Of a stretch of 64,000 nucleotides of DNA, positions 28,763 to 39,288 are shown piece after piece (within the stretch, counting starts at the first letter, position 1; every line of letters begins with the position of its first letter). Source of the DNA: a virus (taxonomy: Duplodnaviria > Caudoviricetes); IMG/VR virus record IMGVR_UViG_3300025589_000004, positions 1 through 64,000 of that record, one strand, 5' to 3'. The notes under the pieces were generated by a model. It was not told where the DNA came from, ran no database searches, and saw only the letters and a program-made list of their open reading frames with translations. Made by a program: the position numbers and the translations under genes.

Positions 28763-29893
28763 ATGAATAAAACTGTTTTAATAAATTTTTTATCTAGTAA
28801 AGGTGTGAAGTTTAAAGTTTATTCTAATAGAATAAATTTGAGATGTCCAGTTTGTGGTGATTCAAAAATAAATCAAAACAAAAAGCGATTAAATATATAT
28901 TTTGAAAATGATGATATTACAAGTATTATATGTTTTAATTGTAATTTCTTCTCTTCCAAAATTGAGCAATTTTTAAATTTATATTTTGGTGGTGATTTTA
29001 AAGAAAATAATAATGAAAATATATTAAATAATGAAGATGTTTTAAAAAATATAAAAAATAAATTAAATACCACACTAAATTCAGAATTATCTGGTTTTAA
29101 TGTAGTAAAAAACAACAAAATAGAAATAATAAAAGATTTCTATAATTCAGAAAAAGAAAATAATTATAATGATAAATTTAAACCATTATTTTATTATATA
29201 TCAAAAAATCTTGATTTATTAGATATTAATATTAAATTTAGTAAATTTGATAATTTAATAAATTGTAAAGATAACGAAATTATTGAATATGCTAAATTCA
29301 GAGGCATATTTGATGCACCATATATAACGCCAGAAAATGTATATTACGAGATTAATAATAATAAATTTCTAGTATTTCCTTTTAAATATTGTAATTATGT
29401 TATAATGTATCAAAAACGTATAGTTACTGGCGATTTAAATAATATACCTAAATATCTAACTTACAATAATAATATTAAATTATTTGATGGATTAGATTAT
29501 ATAGACACCAATTTCAAATATGTATTTTTAGTTGAAAGTGTATTAGATAGAATTTTTATTAAAAATAGTCTAGCTATTACGAGTAGCATATTATCTTTTC
29601 ACCAAAAAATTATTTTAGATTATTTCTTTAAAGACTACAAAAAGGTCATAATGTTTGATAATTATAATATAGATAATACTGCAAAAAATAAAATTATTAA
29701 ACTATTAAAAAATCCAGAATATGATGATTACTATTTTTTTCAATATCCAGATTATCTAAATTCATATAAAGATATTAATGAGATATATACTTCTAGAAGC
29801 TCAAAATACTATAAATTATTTAATAACAAAGATTTTCTAGTAAGTCAAACAAAAGATAAAATTAAGTTTAAAATTTTACTAAACATTATATAA
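28763..29893 (+). CDS. DNA primase (T4 gp61-like)
   Basis: RCPVCGDS...KKR, CFNC zinc finger; VFLVESVLD and MFDN TOPRIM; KDINE. Confidence 0.9.
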   Translation: MNKTVLINFLSSKGVKFKVYSNRINLRCPVCGDSKINQNKKRLNIYFENDDITSIICFNCNFFSSKIEQFLNLYFGGDFKENNNENILNNEDVLKNIKNKLNTTLNSELSGFNVVKNNKIEIIKDFYNSEKENNYNDKFKPLFYYISKNLDLLDINIKFSKFDNLINCKDNEIIEYAKFRGIFDAPYITPENVYYEINNNKFLVFPFKYCNYVIMYQKRIVTGDLNNIPKYLTYNNNIKLFDGLDYIDTNFKYVFLVESVLDRIFIKNSLAITSSILSFHQKIILDYFFKDYKKVIMFDNYNIDNTAKNKIIKLLKNPEYDDYYFFQYPDYLNSYKDINEIYTSRSSKYYKLFNNKDFLVSQTKDKIKFKILLNII

Positions 29894-29946
29894 ATAAAAA
29901 TATATTTATTTAATAAATAACACTTTTTCTAGGAATAGGTTGAATT

Positions 29947-30246
29947 ATGAAAACAGGTTTTGGAAAAAAAATTATAGCAACAACCACACCACAAACTATA
30001 GTTTTGAATGAAAATAATGATGGTTGGTATGCCAATCGTGTTGATATTATAAATTTGTCTGGGAGTGAATTGTTAGTATATCCAAATGTAGATAGTAGTG
30101 TTTGGGGAGAAGTATCTTCTATGGCCATAATAGTGCCTAATGGATATGCACAGACATTTGTTGGAGACGGCAGACCGCCACTATTTAAGGTTTCATTAGT
30201 AACATCATCTCAAGGTAGTGGTACAGTTGTAATAAATGCATTTTGA
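29947..30246 (+). CDS. Small beta-rich hypothetical (probable virion) protein
   Basis: 99 aa, TATAAATA at 29889-29896, upstream of gp25. Confidence 0.5.
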   Translation: MKTGFGKKIIATTTPQTIVLNENNDGWYANRVDIINLSGSELLVYPNVDSSVWGEVSSMAIIVPNGYAQTFVGDGRPPLFKVSLVTSSQGSGTVVINAF

Positions 30247-30266
30247 TTTAAAATTAAGCATATAAT

Positions 30267-30689
30267 ATGTTAATTGATTTTTCACATAATAATATTATAG
30301 ACGAAAAACGTAATTGGGTATATCGTGATATTACATTTATTCCTAAGTTTAATAGACAGACTAAACAGCTTGAATATTTGACTGATGTTGATAGTGTAAG
30401 AAATGGAATGCGATTAATTTTAGATTGGAAATTGGGTGAACGTATATTATATCCAGAATTTGGTAATATATTGTACAATTATGTTGGTGAGATTATTAAT
30501 GATATTACAATAAAGAATATTAAACAGGATATAGTAAATATGTTTGCTGATGATATACGTATTAAAATACAAAATATAGAAGTAGTTGTTAATAAAGAAG
30601 ACAATCATCAGTTAGATATTGAAATTCAGTATGCTATTATTTTATTAAATATTACAGATAAATTGCAATATTATATTAAATTATTATAA
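30267..30689 (+). CDS. Baseplate wedge subunit (T4 gp25-like)
   Basis: YRDI, DVDSVRNGMRLIL, GERILYPEFG, DIRIKI. Confidence 0.9.
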   Translation: MLIDFSHNNIIDEKRNWVYRDITFIPKFNRQTKQLEYLTDVDSVRNGMRLILDWKLGERILYPEFGNILYNYVGEIINDITIKNIKQDIVNMFADDIRIKIQNIEVVVNKEDNHQLDIEIQYAIILLNITDKLQYYIKLL

Positions 30690-30709
30690 ATATAATTTAA
30701 AATTGAACA

Positions 30710-31063
30710 ATGAAAACAATAGACAATACAAATATATCATACAATTCACAACAATATGATATTTGTAAAGAACGGTTTAAGAATATTGAAAGTTTGATGC
30801 AAAATATATCAGAAAAGGTTAATAGTATAACATTATGTGCAAAAGAAAACACAATAATTTTAGATTTATTAAAAAAGAAATTAGATAAAATAGAAGTTGA
30901 TATTTATGGTAATGGTAAAAATGGATTAAGAGATGATATTAATAATTTGATTAATCTAGAAAAGAAGAGAGATAGAATTATTTCTTTTATATTATCTGCA
31001 TTTATAACACAAATTATTGGTGTTTTATTTGTAATAGTAAATAAATTTGTTAAGATATTTTAA
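30710..31063 (+). CDS. Coiled-coil protein with C-terminal TM helix (holin/XhlA-like)
   Basis: IYGNGKNGLR then IISFILSAFITQIIGVLFVIV; TATAAATA at 30685-30692. Confidence 0.5.
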   Translation: MKTIDNTNISYNSQQYDICKERFKNIESLMQNISEKVNSITLCAKENTIILDLLKKKLDKIEVDIYGNGKNGLRDDINNLINLEKKRDRIISFILSAFITQIIGVLFVIVNKFVKIF

Positions 31064-31070
31064 ACAATAG

Positions 31071-31751
31071 CTATTTTTTATGTTCATTTAGTATATCTTT
31101 TAATTTTTTAGGAAACAATATAGTTAGTCTATTTTCAAAAAATTTGTTATTATTTTTATCTTTGTATGTATATATTTTATTTAATCTATAATATAAATTA
31201 ACTGGATAATTATCTTTCCAAAAATATTTATTAACAGCAAGTGCATATAATAACGTTTTTTCAGACATATATGCATCTTTATTATATTTAACAAAGTCTA
31301 AAATATAATTTCTACATTCTTCAACAATATTATCTATTTTTTTTAGACATTGTTTTAATTCATTTTTTCCTAAATCTAAAAATTCTAAATAATCTTCAAT
31401 AAAAACTGTACTATCTAATTGCTTAATAATATCAAATAATCTTTTTTCTGCATTATTTTTAAAAATATTTTCTAAAAAATTAAAATCTCTGTCCATAATC
31501 TCTTTAAATATATCTTCATTTTCTATTGCTTTAATCAATTTATTTTTTAAAATAATTACATCTACAAGAGTTATAAGTTTATCAAGTTTTAAAACAATAT
31601 CTTCAGGAAGCACTATTAATTTTAAATAACCTAAATTATTAACCTGATTTATATTTTCTTCTCTTTTCTCTTCTCTCAATTCTTTAATTCCAGATTTTTC
31701 ATTATTAACAACTACCTTAACTACCTTTTTGCCACTTTTCTTCATTTTCAT
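31071..31751 (-). CDS. Hypothetical protein flanking the large non-coding region
   Basis: 226 aa, basic N-terminus. Confidence 0.55.
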   Translation of the reverse strand: MKMKKSGKKVVKVVVNNEKSGIKELREEKREENINQVNNLGYLKLIVLPEDIVLKLDKLITLVDVIILKNKLIKAIENEDIFKEIMDRDFNFLENIFKNNAEKRLFDIIKQLDSTVFIEDYLEFLDLGKNELKQCLKKIDNIVEECRNYILDFVKYNKDAYMSEKTLLYALAVNKYFWKDNYPVNLYYRLNKIYTYKDKNNNKFFENRLTILFPKKLKDILNEHKK

Positions 31752-31765
31752 GTCTTTTTAAATTC

Positions 31766-31790
31766 AACTGTTTCCAAAATGGAAACAGTT
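31766..31790. repeat. Perfect 11-bp inverted repeat (operator-like)
   Basis: AACTGTTTCCA-AAA-TGGAAACAGTT. Confidence 0.8.
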
Positions 31791-31799
31791 CAAATTTAA

Positions 31800-32600
31800 C
31801 TATTTTTGAATCAACTTAATTTAATATATACTATACAAAAACAAAAAAAGAGATTTAAAAATAATTTTTTATTTTTTTAAAAAAATTCTAAGAATTAAAA
31901 ATGGATTTAAAAGAAAGAAAAGAAGGAAGATATAGAAGGAAGAAAAGATAGATATAAAAATATATAATAAATATATAAATATATACATAGATAAATATAG
32001 ATATATATAATTATATATATTTAACAATATATATCTTTATTATAATTAATTAATTATTAATATATAGATATAATTAATATATAGATATATCTATACTATA
32101 GATATAATATTTATAAATATATTATTATATATTATTATATATATAGATCCTATATATTATTTATATATTATTCTTATATATATTTCCCCCTATATCCCCC
32201 ATAAATATTCTCTATTAGTGATTTCTATGCATACTGAAGCAATGCATCTTCCAAGAGAAGATGAAGAGAAGATGTTGTAATTATACATATTTTGTTGATA
32301 ATCATATAGTTATGATATATATTAATTTTATTGACAGCACCTAGTTAATTCTGGGATATGTTTTTGATTATTTTTTAATTGATTTTTACTAAGAAAATTC
32401 ACTTTTTTATTGCTAGTCTTAATTAAAATTAACTTGTCAATTTTTTTTAAAATTTTTTCTTAAGCATATTATATAGGGCCTATAGTTTCGTTAATTTCTA
32501 GACAGCTGGAGGCATTTTCTCGGCGATCCTGGAGGCATATTATGAACATCAAATCTTATGACTAAATCTTATTTTTTGGAAAATTATTCTTTTTTGGAAT
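31800..32600. other. Long non-coding, extremely AT/TA-rich region; candidate replication origin or control region
   Basis: Largest intergenic gap; (TA)n-rich tract about 31950-32180, CCCCCTATATCCCCC, short direct repeats (AAGAGAAGATG x2, CTGGAGGCAT x2); divergent flanking genes. Confidence 0.45.
32217..32262 (+). repeat. 46-bp dispersed repeat, copy A (copy B at 46922-46967)
   Basis: AGTGATTTCTATGCATaCTGAAGCAATGCATCTTCcAAGAGAAGAT, 44/46 identical to copy B. Confidence 0.9.
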
Positions 32601-34207
32601 TTAAAATAAGTATAACTTATTTAACAAAAAAAACTATGATAACACTTCTAGAGACTGATGACATAACTGCAGCAAGAGTTGTTTCTGATAATCCAGAAAT
32701 AATTACTACTTTACATAATTATTTTGTTTTAACAGAAAAGCAATTCTATAATAACAAAATTAGATTCAAAAAAACTAGTAAAATCAATTTGTTAGGAAGA
32801 TTTAATATCGGATTAACTAAAGATATTATCTTATTTTTAATCAATTTCCTAAAAATTAATTATAATAACATTATTGTTTCAGATAAACTTAAGGAATTAT
32901 TGTCAATAACATTATTTCATGACATAAAAATTCCAATAATTAAATTTTCAGAAATTGTTTATAAACCAGAACAACAAGAAGCAATAAGAAAAGCATTAGA
33001 TGCAAGTAGAGGATTGATTATATTACCATGTGGGTTTGGAAAAAGTTTAGTTGTTGCTGGAATAATTGAATCTATACTTAATTGTCAAGAATTATTTACT
33101 AAAAATATCATAAATAACAACAGTAAAGCTATAATCTTTGTTCCAACAAAACAATTAGTTAATCAAACTTATACTGAATTTATCAAAACTTATAAAATAT
33201 CTCCAGAAAAAATAACTATGTTTACTGCAGGATTTAATTACAGTAATAATGCTAAAATAATAATCACAAATCAACAATACTATAACAAAAACTATAATAA
33301 AATACTACATAACGATATTAATATTCTAATATTTGATGAAGTACATTCTTTAAAAAAGAATAATATATCAACAAAATTTATCAGACATTTTAAAAATGCC
33401 AAATTCCTATTCGGATTATCTGCTACACTACCAAAAGAAGAAAAGGATAAATATAATCTATTAAAAATCGGCCCGGTTTTATATCAAAAAGAATATTCAG
33501 AATTAGAAACAATAAATAATACAAACAATAAATTACAAATTAATTTATATGATATAACATATAATATTAATAATAAAAAAGAAATTATAAGAAGAATAAA
33601 ATCAGATTTAGTAGAAAAAGAAATTGTTAGACTTGGTGATAAATATCAGCTTGAATGTAGTTATACATTAACAGATGAAGGAATAATATATCAAACAATT
33701 AAGAATATATTTGTTGATAAGTTAGAAAATATAAGTAATACATTATTTTTATTTGATTTTCTTGCTACAGAAGATAAAATAAAAAATATTATTGATACAA
33801 ATTTTTCTGAATTAAAAAATAAATATGATATAAATTATATTGATGGAAGAACAGATATATCTTTACGAGAAAAAATTAGAGAGAAATTTAATAATCAGAA
33901 TAATATTATTTTATTTGCACAATCACAAACATTAGGAGTTGGTATAAATATTCCAAGATTAATTAATTTAATTTTATTTAGTATACAAAGTTCAAATGTA
34001 AAGTTTATTCAAGCTGTTGGTAGATTGTTAAGAAGAGTTGATAATAAAGATGTTGTAAATATATATGATATACATACTAATATGAATTATTCAACAAATC
34101 ATTATAATAAAAGATTGTTATTATATAAAAATTATTTTAATATTAAAAACATAAAATCAATTTGTAGTGACATTGATATTAAAATAGAAAATAGACTATT
34201 TAAATAG
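32558..34207 (+). CDS. uvsW: SF2 DNA helicase (likely start ATG 32636)
   Basis: LPCGFGKS, IFVPTKQLVNQ, FDEVH, GLSAT, GVGINIPRL, QAVGRLLR. Confidence 0.9.
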   Translation: MTKSYFLENYSFLEFKISITYLTKKTMITLLETDDITAARVVSDNPEIITTLHNYFVLTEKQFYNNKIRFKKTSKINLLGRFNIGLTKDIILFLINFLKINYNNIIVSDKLKELLSITLFHDIKIPIIKFSEIVYKPEQQEAIRKALDASRGLIILPCGFGKSLVVAGIIESILNCQELFTKNIINNNSKAIIFVPTKQLVNQTYTEFIKTYKISPEKITMFTAGFNYSNNAKIIITNQQYYNKNYNKILHNDINILIFDEVHSLKKNNISTKFIRHFKNAKFLFGLSATLPKEEKDKYNLLKIGPVLYQKEYSELETINNTNNKLQINLYDITYNINNKKEIIRRIKSDLVEKEIVRLGDKYQLECSYTLTDEGIIYQTIKNIFVDKLENISNTLFLFDFLATEDKIKNIIDTNFSELKNKYDINYIDGRTDISLREKIREKFNNQNNIILFAQSQTLGVGINIPRLINLILFSIQSSNVKFIQAVGRLLRRVDNKDVVNIYDIHTNMNYSTNHYNKRLLLYKNYFNIKNIKSICSDIDIKIENRLFK

Positions 34208-34227
34208 ATATTAAATTAAACAAAAAA

Positions 34228-34617
34228 ATGAAAGAGGTTAATAAAATGATGAATAAACAAAATAGATATACACAAAGTAAATATTTAAATCAAATAAACC
34301 AAAAAAATTATTCTAATTCTAATTTTAGAAAAGAAAATAGATATATTAGAAAAATAAAAAATGAGATTAGACATGGTAATATATTTAATTTTAGATGTAA
34401 AGGTGTTGTTCTTGAAATAGTTGAGGTTGAAAAAGATAAATATAAAGCAAAGATAAAAGTTGGTGAGATGATATATGAGATACCTGTTAATCAAAATATA
34501 AGTTTACCAAATATAGTCTATGAAGATAGTAGATGTAGATGTGATTTAAATCCAAGTTTAAATATTAATGATGTTGTTGAATTATCAGTGTTTAAGATTT
34601 TAAAAAACAATAATTAA
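34228..34617 (+). CDS. Hypothetical protein
   Basis: 129 aa, basic N-terminus and beta-rich C-terminus. Confidence 0.5.
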   Translation: MKEVNKMMNKQNRYTQSKYLNQINQKNYSNSNFRKENRYIRKIKNEIRHGNIFNFRCKGVVLEIVEVEKDKYKAKIKVGEMIYEIPVNQNISLPNIVYEDSRCRCDLNPSLNINDVVELSVFKILKNNN

Positions 34618-34645
34618 TAATTGTATTAAGGAGTATTAGTATTTA

Positions 34646-35488
34646 ATGAATAATAAAATATCTATTATTTTTTATAATGTTTATTCAATTAATAAAGGAT
34701 TTATTGATGATATAAGTCGTTTATTATCAATAAATAAAGATATAGATTTTTATTTTAAAAATGAAAGTATTGAAAAAATATTAGATATATCAGAAAAAAA
34801 TAACACATTAGAATCTGTAAAAAATAATATATTAAATTTACCAAATATTATTTGGCAGTTTATTAATAATAATGCAAATAAATATGATTATATATTGTTT
34901 CTAGATAGTAATTGTAAATATATTATTAATAATTTAGAAGAATATATTAAAAATCATTTAAAGATAATAGACCATTTTTATATTATTGTGGATAATTTAG
35001 CAGATTATGTTTTTAAAAATAATTATATATTTAATTTACCATATTATGAGATAATGTTAAAATTAAAAAATAATTTAGAGATTAAATTATTGACTAATTC
35101 AAATTTTGGTTCAATATTTATTAATTTGAAAAATTTTAAGAAAATTAGTAATTATCTTGACTTATTTAATCCCACAAAAAATATTTATAGGATTTATTAT
35201 CTTGACAAAATAATTCTAGAATTATTTAAGAAAAAACAACAACCTATAATTAAATCAATTGCTATAAATAATGCTATAAATTATAATAATATTGATTTTA
35301 AAGATATGTTTTATACAACTTCAATAGAAAAAGAAACATTTAAAATTGCACTATATCATACATTTAAATCAAACATAACAACAGAAAAACAATTATTAAT
35401 TCAAGAATTAGATAAAGTGAAAAAAGATATATTAGATAGTAATAATTTACAAGATGTTATTATTCCATTTTTTAATAATATAGAATGA
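34646..35488 (+). CDS. Hypothetical protein, possibly degenerate GT-A fold
   Basis: KISIIF start and YDYILFLDSN resemble GT-A; AAGGAG RBS. Confidence 0.4.
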   Translation: MNNKISIIFYNVYSINKGFIDDISRLLSINKDIDFYFKNESIEKILDISEKNNTLESVKNNILNLPNIIWQFINNNANKYDYILFLDSNCKYIINNLEEYIKNHLKIIDHFYIIVDNLADYVFKNNYIFNLPYYEIMLKLKNNLEIKLLTNSNFGSIFINLKNFKKISNYLDLFNPTKNIYRIYYLDKIILELFKKKQQPIIKSIAINNAINYNNIDFKDMFYTTSIEKETFKIALYHTFKSNITTEKQLLIQELDKVKKDILDSNNLQDVIIPFFNNIE

Positions 35489-35575
35489 AGAAGAATATGA
35501 AAAACAAAGAAAACAAAGAAAAGAAAAGTAGAAAAAAAAGTAAAAAATAATAATTCTGATACAAAAGAATCAAAT

Positions 35576-36586
35576 GTGTCAGAAAATAAAACAAAGTTAT
35601 CTAATGAATTATTAGAACTAAAAATTGATAATATTATTAATGAATTATTTAATACAGTTATTTTATCAAAAGAAAATAAGGAAATTAATGTTAAATCTTT
35701 AATAAAAAATAAAGAGATTATAATCAACTTTTTATATAGTATATTAGATAAATATAAACAAAAAAATAAACATGAATATATAAAAGATACTATTAATCTG
35801 ATATTTATAGAAGATAATATTAAAAATTTGATTTTAGCCTTTTTAACTGGAGACGAAGAATTATTAACAGAAATAATAAAAACACAATATAATATAATAA
35901 CAGCTTTTCTAGAATATATCTCAGCATTAGAAGATGAAGATTTAAATTTACTATCAAATAATATATTTAAAACGGCGTATAATACAAATAATAATGAATA
36001 TATTTATTTAGATAGTTTAATTTCTATTTTTATTTTAGTTTATTATCTGATAACAGTATTTGTTTCTTTTGATAATAAAAATATATTAAATATAAACAAT
36101 AATAATAACGAGAATGAAGAAGAAATAAATAATAAAAAAATATTTTTTAATTTATGTTATTTATCTTCAAGATATAAAAATACAAAATATCCATTATCTT
36201 TAATAAACAGTTTATGTAACACTGAAGGCAGTGTATTAAAAATATCCTTATTATTATTTATTCATGATTTTATAATCAATAATATAGTATACTACATAAT
36301 ACATTTATTAATATTAAAACAAATAAAAAATACTGAAAATAATGTAGATATTGTTAGCAAATTAAATATATTTTATTCTACAATTCCACAGGAAGTCTAT
36401 AAAAAAACAATTTCAGATACATGTATGATATTAGAAAGAAATCTGGCAGATATATCTAGTTTTATAAATAAATTATCAATAAAAGATTCAACAGAGTTAA
36501 ATAATTCAGAATTGATAATAGAATTAGCTTTGTATAGGTTAATAATTATATTTTTAAAACTATTTTGTCAAAAATATTTAAAATAG
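35576..36586 (+). CDS. Hypothetical helical protein (true start may be ATG 35497 with a 1-nt frameshift)
   Basis: Frame open from 35501; ATG at 35497 is out of frame by one A. Confidence 0.5.
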   Translation: MSENKTKLSNELLELKIDNIINELFNTVILSKENKEINVKSLIKNKEIIINFLYSILDKYKQKNKHEYIKDTINLIFIEDNIKNLILAFLTGDEELLTEIIKTQYNIITAFLEYISALEDEDLNLLSNNIFKTAYNTNNNEYIYLDSLISIFILVYYLITVFVSFDNKNILNINNNNNENEEEINNKKIFFNLCYLSSRYKNTKYPLSLINSLCNTEGSVLKISLLLFIHDFIINNIVYYIIHLLILKQIKNTENNVDIVSKLNIFYSTIPQEVYKKTISDTCMILERNLADISSFINKLSIKDSTELNNSELIIELALYRLIIIFLKLFCQKYLK

Positions 36587-36630
36587 TATATATCCAATAG
36601 AATATTTTAAAAAAAATAGGAAATAATACT

Positions 36631-37095
36631 ATGATAATCGAATATATAGAAAATGATTCTATTAAAAATGATAATGAAATAGGTAAATTTTATAAAATTG
36701 TAAAAAATTTCAACTTAAAAAGAGACTCTGATATTAATAATAAATTTTATTCTTTAGATTTTAAGTTGAATTTATATCATTTCTTTGATATTATTCCAAA
36801 AAATAAAAAAATAGATTTATCAAAAATAGAAGAAATAGAGATAATTAAATTAGATAATAAAATGCTAAAAGAGTTTGTTAAGTATTTTTCCAATATAAAC
36901 AATAAAATAATTTTAAAAAATAAACTATTAAAATTATTAAACGCATTAAATCTAAGTTTTACAAAAACAGATATTGTAGAATTGATAACATTTTTTATTT
37001 ATAATATAAAAATAATTTCTATTAAAAAGATAAAAATTGCTCATATATTAAAGAAAATATATGAATTAATCTTAGAATTTTCTAAAAACAAATGA
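36631..37095 (+). CDS. Hypothetical protein
   Basis: 154 aa ORF with AGGA upstream. Confidence 0.5.
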   Translation: MIIEYIENDSIKNDNEIGKFYKIVKNFNLKRDSDINNKFYSLDFKLNLYHFFDIIPKNKKIDLSKIEEIEIIKLDNKMLKEFVKYFSNINNKIILKNKLLKLLNALNLSFTKTDIVELITFFIYNIKIISIKKIKIAHILKKIYELILEFSKNK

Positions 37096-37213
37096 TAATC
37101 TTTCTAAGAAAATACTATTTTGATAGATATTTTGAAAGAAAAAAAAGCAATATAATAAAAAGAATTTTTTATTTTTTAAGATATATTTTAAAAGGAAGAA
37201 AAAGGAGGAATAA

Positions 37214-38005
37214 ATGAAAAATATTAAAACTAAAATTAAAGAATCTACAGAAAATATATATTCTAGATTTATAGAATTATTAAATACTAAAGAAATAATG
37301 AAAATTCTTTATTTGTTATTTGTTATCCAAAAAATAAAATCAAATTCTAAGATATTCAAAAATCTTTTACAAAAACATAAAGAAAATTTTAATATAGATT
37401 TGTTAATGGAACAAGATTTTATTAGAAAAAATATAAAGAAAATTAGTATAATGATGTTGTTTAATTTATATAATAATAATCTTTTTAAAGAATATATCAA
37501 CAGATTTAAAAAAGAAAATATTGATAGTTTCGATTCTTTAAATAATTGGTTTAATTATATATTAAATAATCTAGAGAAAATTATAGTACAATTAACAGCA
37601 GATAAAATTTTTTTATCAATAACAAATATCAATAATAGTAATAGTAAAAAAGAAAGCAGAGATATGAATGATATATTAACAAAATTAGATTCTAATATAA
37701 TAGAACGAATATTGGATAATGAATTTAAAGAATATGTTGATTTATATAGAAAATATAATAGTAAGTATGCATTAGATTATATGTATATTTCAAACAAAAT
37801 AGATGAATTGTGGTATTTAATTTTGTTTGTTTATTTAAATAGAAAAGAAGCTGATTTAGTTAAAAAACTAGACTCTATTCCAAACGATATTTTAAATAAT
37901 ATTATATCCAAACTTTCAAAAAAAATTTGGTATAATATTACTAAAAATAAATTATGTAATTTTTTATATTATATTAATAAAAGTATAATTAAAACAAATA
38001 AATAA
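37214..38005 (+). CDS. Hypothetical protein
   Basis: 263 aa ORF, AGGAGG RBS. Confidence 0.55.
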   Translation: MKNIKTKIKESTENIYSRFIELLNTKEIMKILYLLFVIQKIKSNSKIFKNLLQKHKENFNIDLLMEQDFIRKNIKKISIMMLFNLYNNNLFKEYINRFKKENIDSFDSLNNWFNYILNNLEKIIVQLTADKIFLSITNINNSNSKKESRDMNDILTKLDSNIIERILDNEFKEYVDLYRKYNSKYALDYMYISNKIDELWYLILFVYLNRKEADLVKKLDSIPNDILNNIISKLSKKIWYNITKNKLCNFLYYINKSIIKTNK

Positions 38006-38009
38006 GGAG

Positions 38010-39263
38010 ATGATAATTATGTCAATGTTTAAAATGAAGGATAATAATGTTTGTTTAAAAAATATAGAGATAAATAAATCTTCTAATCTATTCAAGAAAA
38101 ATACACTTTTTATATATCCAGAAATTGGGAATTCAGTAACAGCAAGAGTATTATGGTTTAATATAATAGACGATATTTTACAAAATAGAAAATTATCAGA
38201 AATTTCAGATGAAGAATTGACAAAATTATTAGTATTCAATAAATATGATTTTATAATAACTAGAATTGTACATACAGTTTATAAATACAATAATCAAAAT
38301 AATAAACTTGAATCGAGTTTTGTTTATTGTGAAAAAGATAATACTTCAGAGACAAATATTAAATTAGCAAAAGATATTATAAAAAATAATAATATCAATA
38401 ATTTTAATGATTTATATAATATATTTTTAAAAGAAAAAAAAGAAAAAGTAAAAAATAATGAAATAAACTGTAAAATATGTAATATAATAGATGATATAAG
38501 AATAAAATATAGTAAGTTATTTGAAATAAAAAAAGAAAATAATATAAATGATGAAGAATTTAATAATGATTTAAAACAAATCGGCGGATTTCTTAAATTA
38601 CAAAAGAAATACAGAACCTTTGTTCCAGTTTTTGTTATTAACGATAAATTACATCCAGAAAATCACAATCAAGTAAAATTATTACTATTATATGATATCA
38701 ATGCTATATATAATCTATTTAATTTAGTAGATTCAATGAAAATATTCTTTAATAATCTATCTAAACCAGATAACTATAATCTAGAAATAAGTACTTACGA
38801 ATATAAAAACAAAATAAATACTAAGCTTAAATTGATAAAGAATATAGATCCAATAATTAATAAAAATATAATAAAAAATGAAGAAGAATTTTATAATACA
38901 TATATTAAAAATACTGGATTTGACTTAAATAATTATCTAACTAAATCAAATGAAAATGATATAAATAAATTCTATAATATAGCTATAGAAATGCTAAATT
39001 CAACAAATATAATACTTGATAAATATAATATAACAGATATTAACAAAAATAATAGTATTAATACAATAGTAGTAGATGACAATAATGATAATAATGATTT
39101 TATAAATAATAATCAAGAAATAGAGAAAATAGAAGATAATGTAAAAGAAAAAAAAGAAGAATTAAATAAAATTGAAGTAAAAGAAGATAATAGTAAGCAA
39201 AAAGAACCAGAAAATAAATCAGATGATTTTATAGAAGATTTTATAAATAGCTTAAATATATAA
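38010..39263 (+). CDS. Single-stranded DNA-binding protein (T4 gp32-like)
   Basis: H...YC...CKIC, VFVINDKLHPENHNQVK (compare gp32 LVVKDPAAPENEGKV), acidic tail DDFIEDFINSL. Confidence 0.75.
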   Translation: MIIMSMFKMKDNNVCLKNIEINKSSNLFKKNTLFIYPEIGNSVTARVLWFNIIDDILQNRKLSEISDEELTKLLVFNKYDFIITRIVHTVYKYNNQNNKLESSFVYCEKDNTSETNIKLAKDIIKNNNINNFNDLYNIFLKEKKEKVKNNEINCKICNIIDDIRIKYSKLFEIKKENNINDEEFNNDLKQIGGFLKLQKKYRTFVPVFVINDKLHPENHNQVKLLLLYDINAIYNLFNLVDSMKIFFNNLSKPDNYNLEISTYEYKNKINTKLKLIKNIDPIINKNIIKNEEEFYNTYIKNTGFDLNNYLTKSNENDINKFYNIAIEMLNSTNIILDKYNITDINKNNSINTIVVDDNNDNNDFINNNQEIEKIEDNVKEKKEELNKIEVKEDNSKQKEPENKSDDFIEDFINSLNI

Positions 39264-39288
39264 TCAACAAATACTTAACTACTTTAAT

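Noticed and set aside
31950-32560. Possible CRISPR or mini-array in the non-coding region
   Set aside because: Repeats are only 9-11 bp pairs or TA low complexity; no regular repeat-spacer period and no cas genes.
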